A stretch of DNA of 64,000 bases from Macrostomum hystrix (lineage: Eukaryota > Animalia > Platyhelminthes): the NCBI GenBank assembly GCA_950097015.1, contig CATNEN010000001.1, positions 14,942,001 to 15,006,000 of the forward strand. The letters run 5' to 3'. Positions within the stretch are counted from its first letter, which is position 1. Each line of letters begins with the position of its first letter. The notes under the pieces are model-generated. The model saw nothing but the letters and a program-made list of their open reading frames with translations, was not told the DNA's origin and searched no databases. Below are positions 63,265-64,000 of the stretch, one piece after another. The translations under genes were made by a program, and so were the position numbers.

Positions 63265-63970
63265 AAACTCCTACTTCCTAAAGTCCATCCACCTCACAAT
63301 ATCCCATCAGGTACTTCCTAAACTCCACTCACAATATCCCTTCAGGTACTTCCTAAACTCCACTCACAATATCCCTTCAGGTACTTCCTAAACTCCATCC
63401 ACCACACAATATCCCATCAGGTACTTCCTACACTCCGGCCACCTCACACTATCCCATCAGGTACTTCCTACAATCCGGCCTGCTCACAATATCCCATCAG
63501 GTACTTCCTACAATCCGGCCTGCTCACAATATCCCATCAGGTACTTCCTACACTCCGGCCACCTCACACTATCCCATCAGGTACTTCCTACACTCCGGCC
63601 ACCTCACACTATCCCATCAGGTACTTCCTACAATCCGGCCTGCTCACAATATCCCATCAGGTACTTCCTACACTCCGGCCACCTCACACTATCCCATCAG
63701 GTACTTCCTACACTCCGGCCACCTCACACTATCCCATCAGGTACTTCCTACACTCCGGCCACCTCACAATATCCCATCAGGTACTTCCTACACTCCGGCC
63801 ACCTCACAATATCCCATCAGGTACTTCCTACACTCCGGCCACCTCACAATATCCCATCAGGTACTTCCTACACTCCGGCCACCTCACAATATCCCATCAG
63901 GTACTTCCTACACTCCGGCCACCTCACACTATCCCATCAGGTACTTCCTACACTCCGGCCACCTCACAAT
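63265..63970. repeat. 40-bp intronic minisatellite (gtacttcctacactccggccacctcacactatcccatcag)
   Basis: Tandem array in CARS intron. Confidence 0.95.
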
Positions 63971-64000
63971 CTCCGGCTGCAAGATGAGCAAGAGTCTGAA

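Overview
Eukaryotic, intron-containing invertebrate DNA. It is very likely a flatworm (Platyhelminthes), because it carries an EF-hand + dynein-light-chain 'TAL' gene; a free-living Macrostomum-like species is my inference from the minisatellite-packed introns. Gene models spliced by hand from GT/AG sites: an ammonium transporter (minus strand, 3' end beyond the window, two homologous alternative first exons), a Q-rich orphan gene, a GH63/YMR196W-like glycosidase, ARPC2, two paralogous small secreted prepropeptide genes missed by the ORF track, a TAL gene whose linker is six short symmetric phase-2 exons, intronless PLBD1, a 3-exon CxxC..H..H zinc-finger gene, and a co-oriented RPS15 / RSL1D1-like / ALYREF / CARS cluster with features of an SL-trans-spliced operon. 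Introns and intergenic DNA hold about 20 minisatellite arrays (many with a CTAACAG core), two tRNA-derived SINE families, a THAP-bearing P-like element, a Tc1/IS630 relic and several MITEs. Best candidates for undescribed biology: the SYIPxFNxxRxAL prepropeptide pair, the micro-exon TAL, and the RSL1D1-like frame that opens at a splice acceptor without its own upstream ATG.
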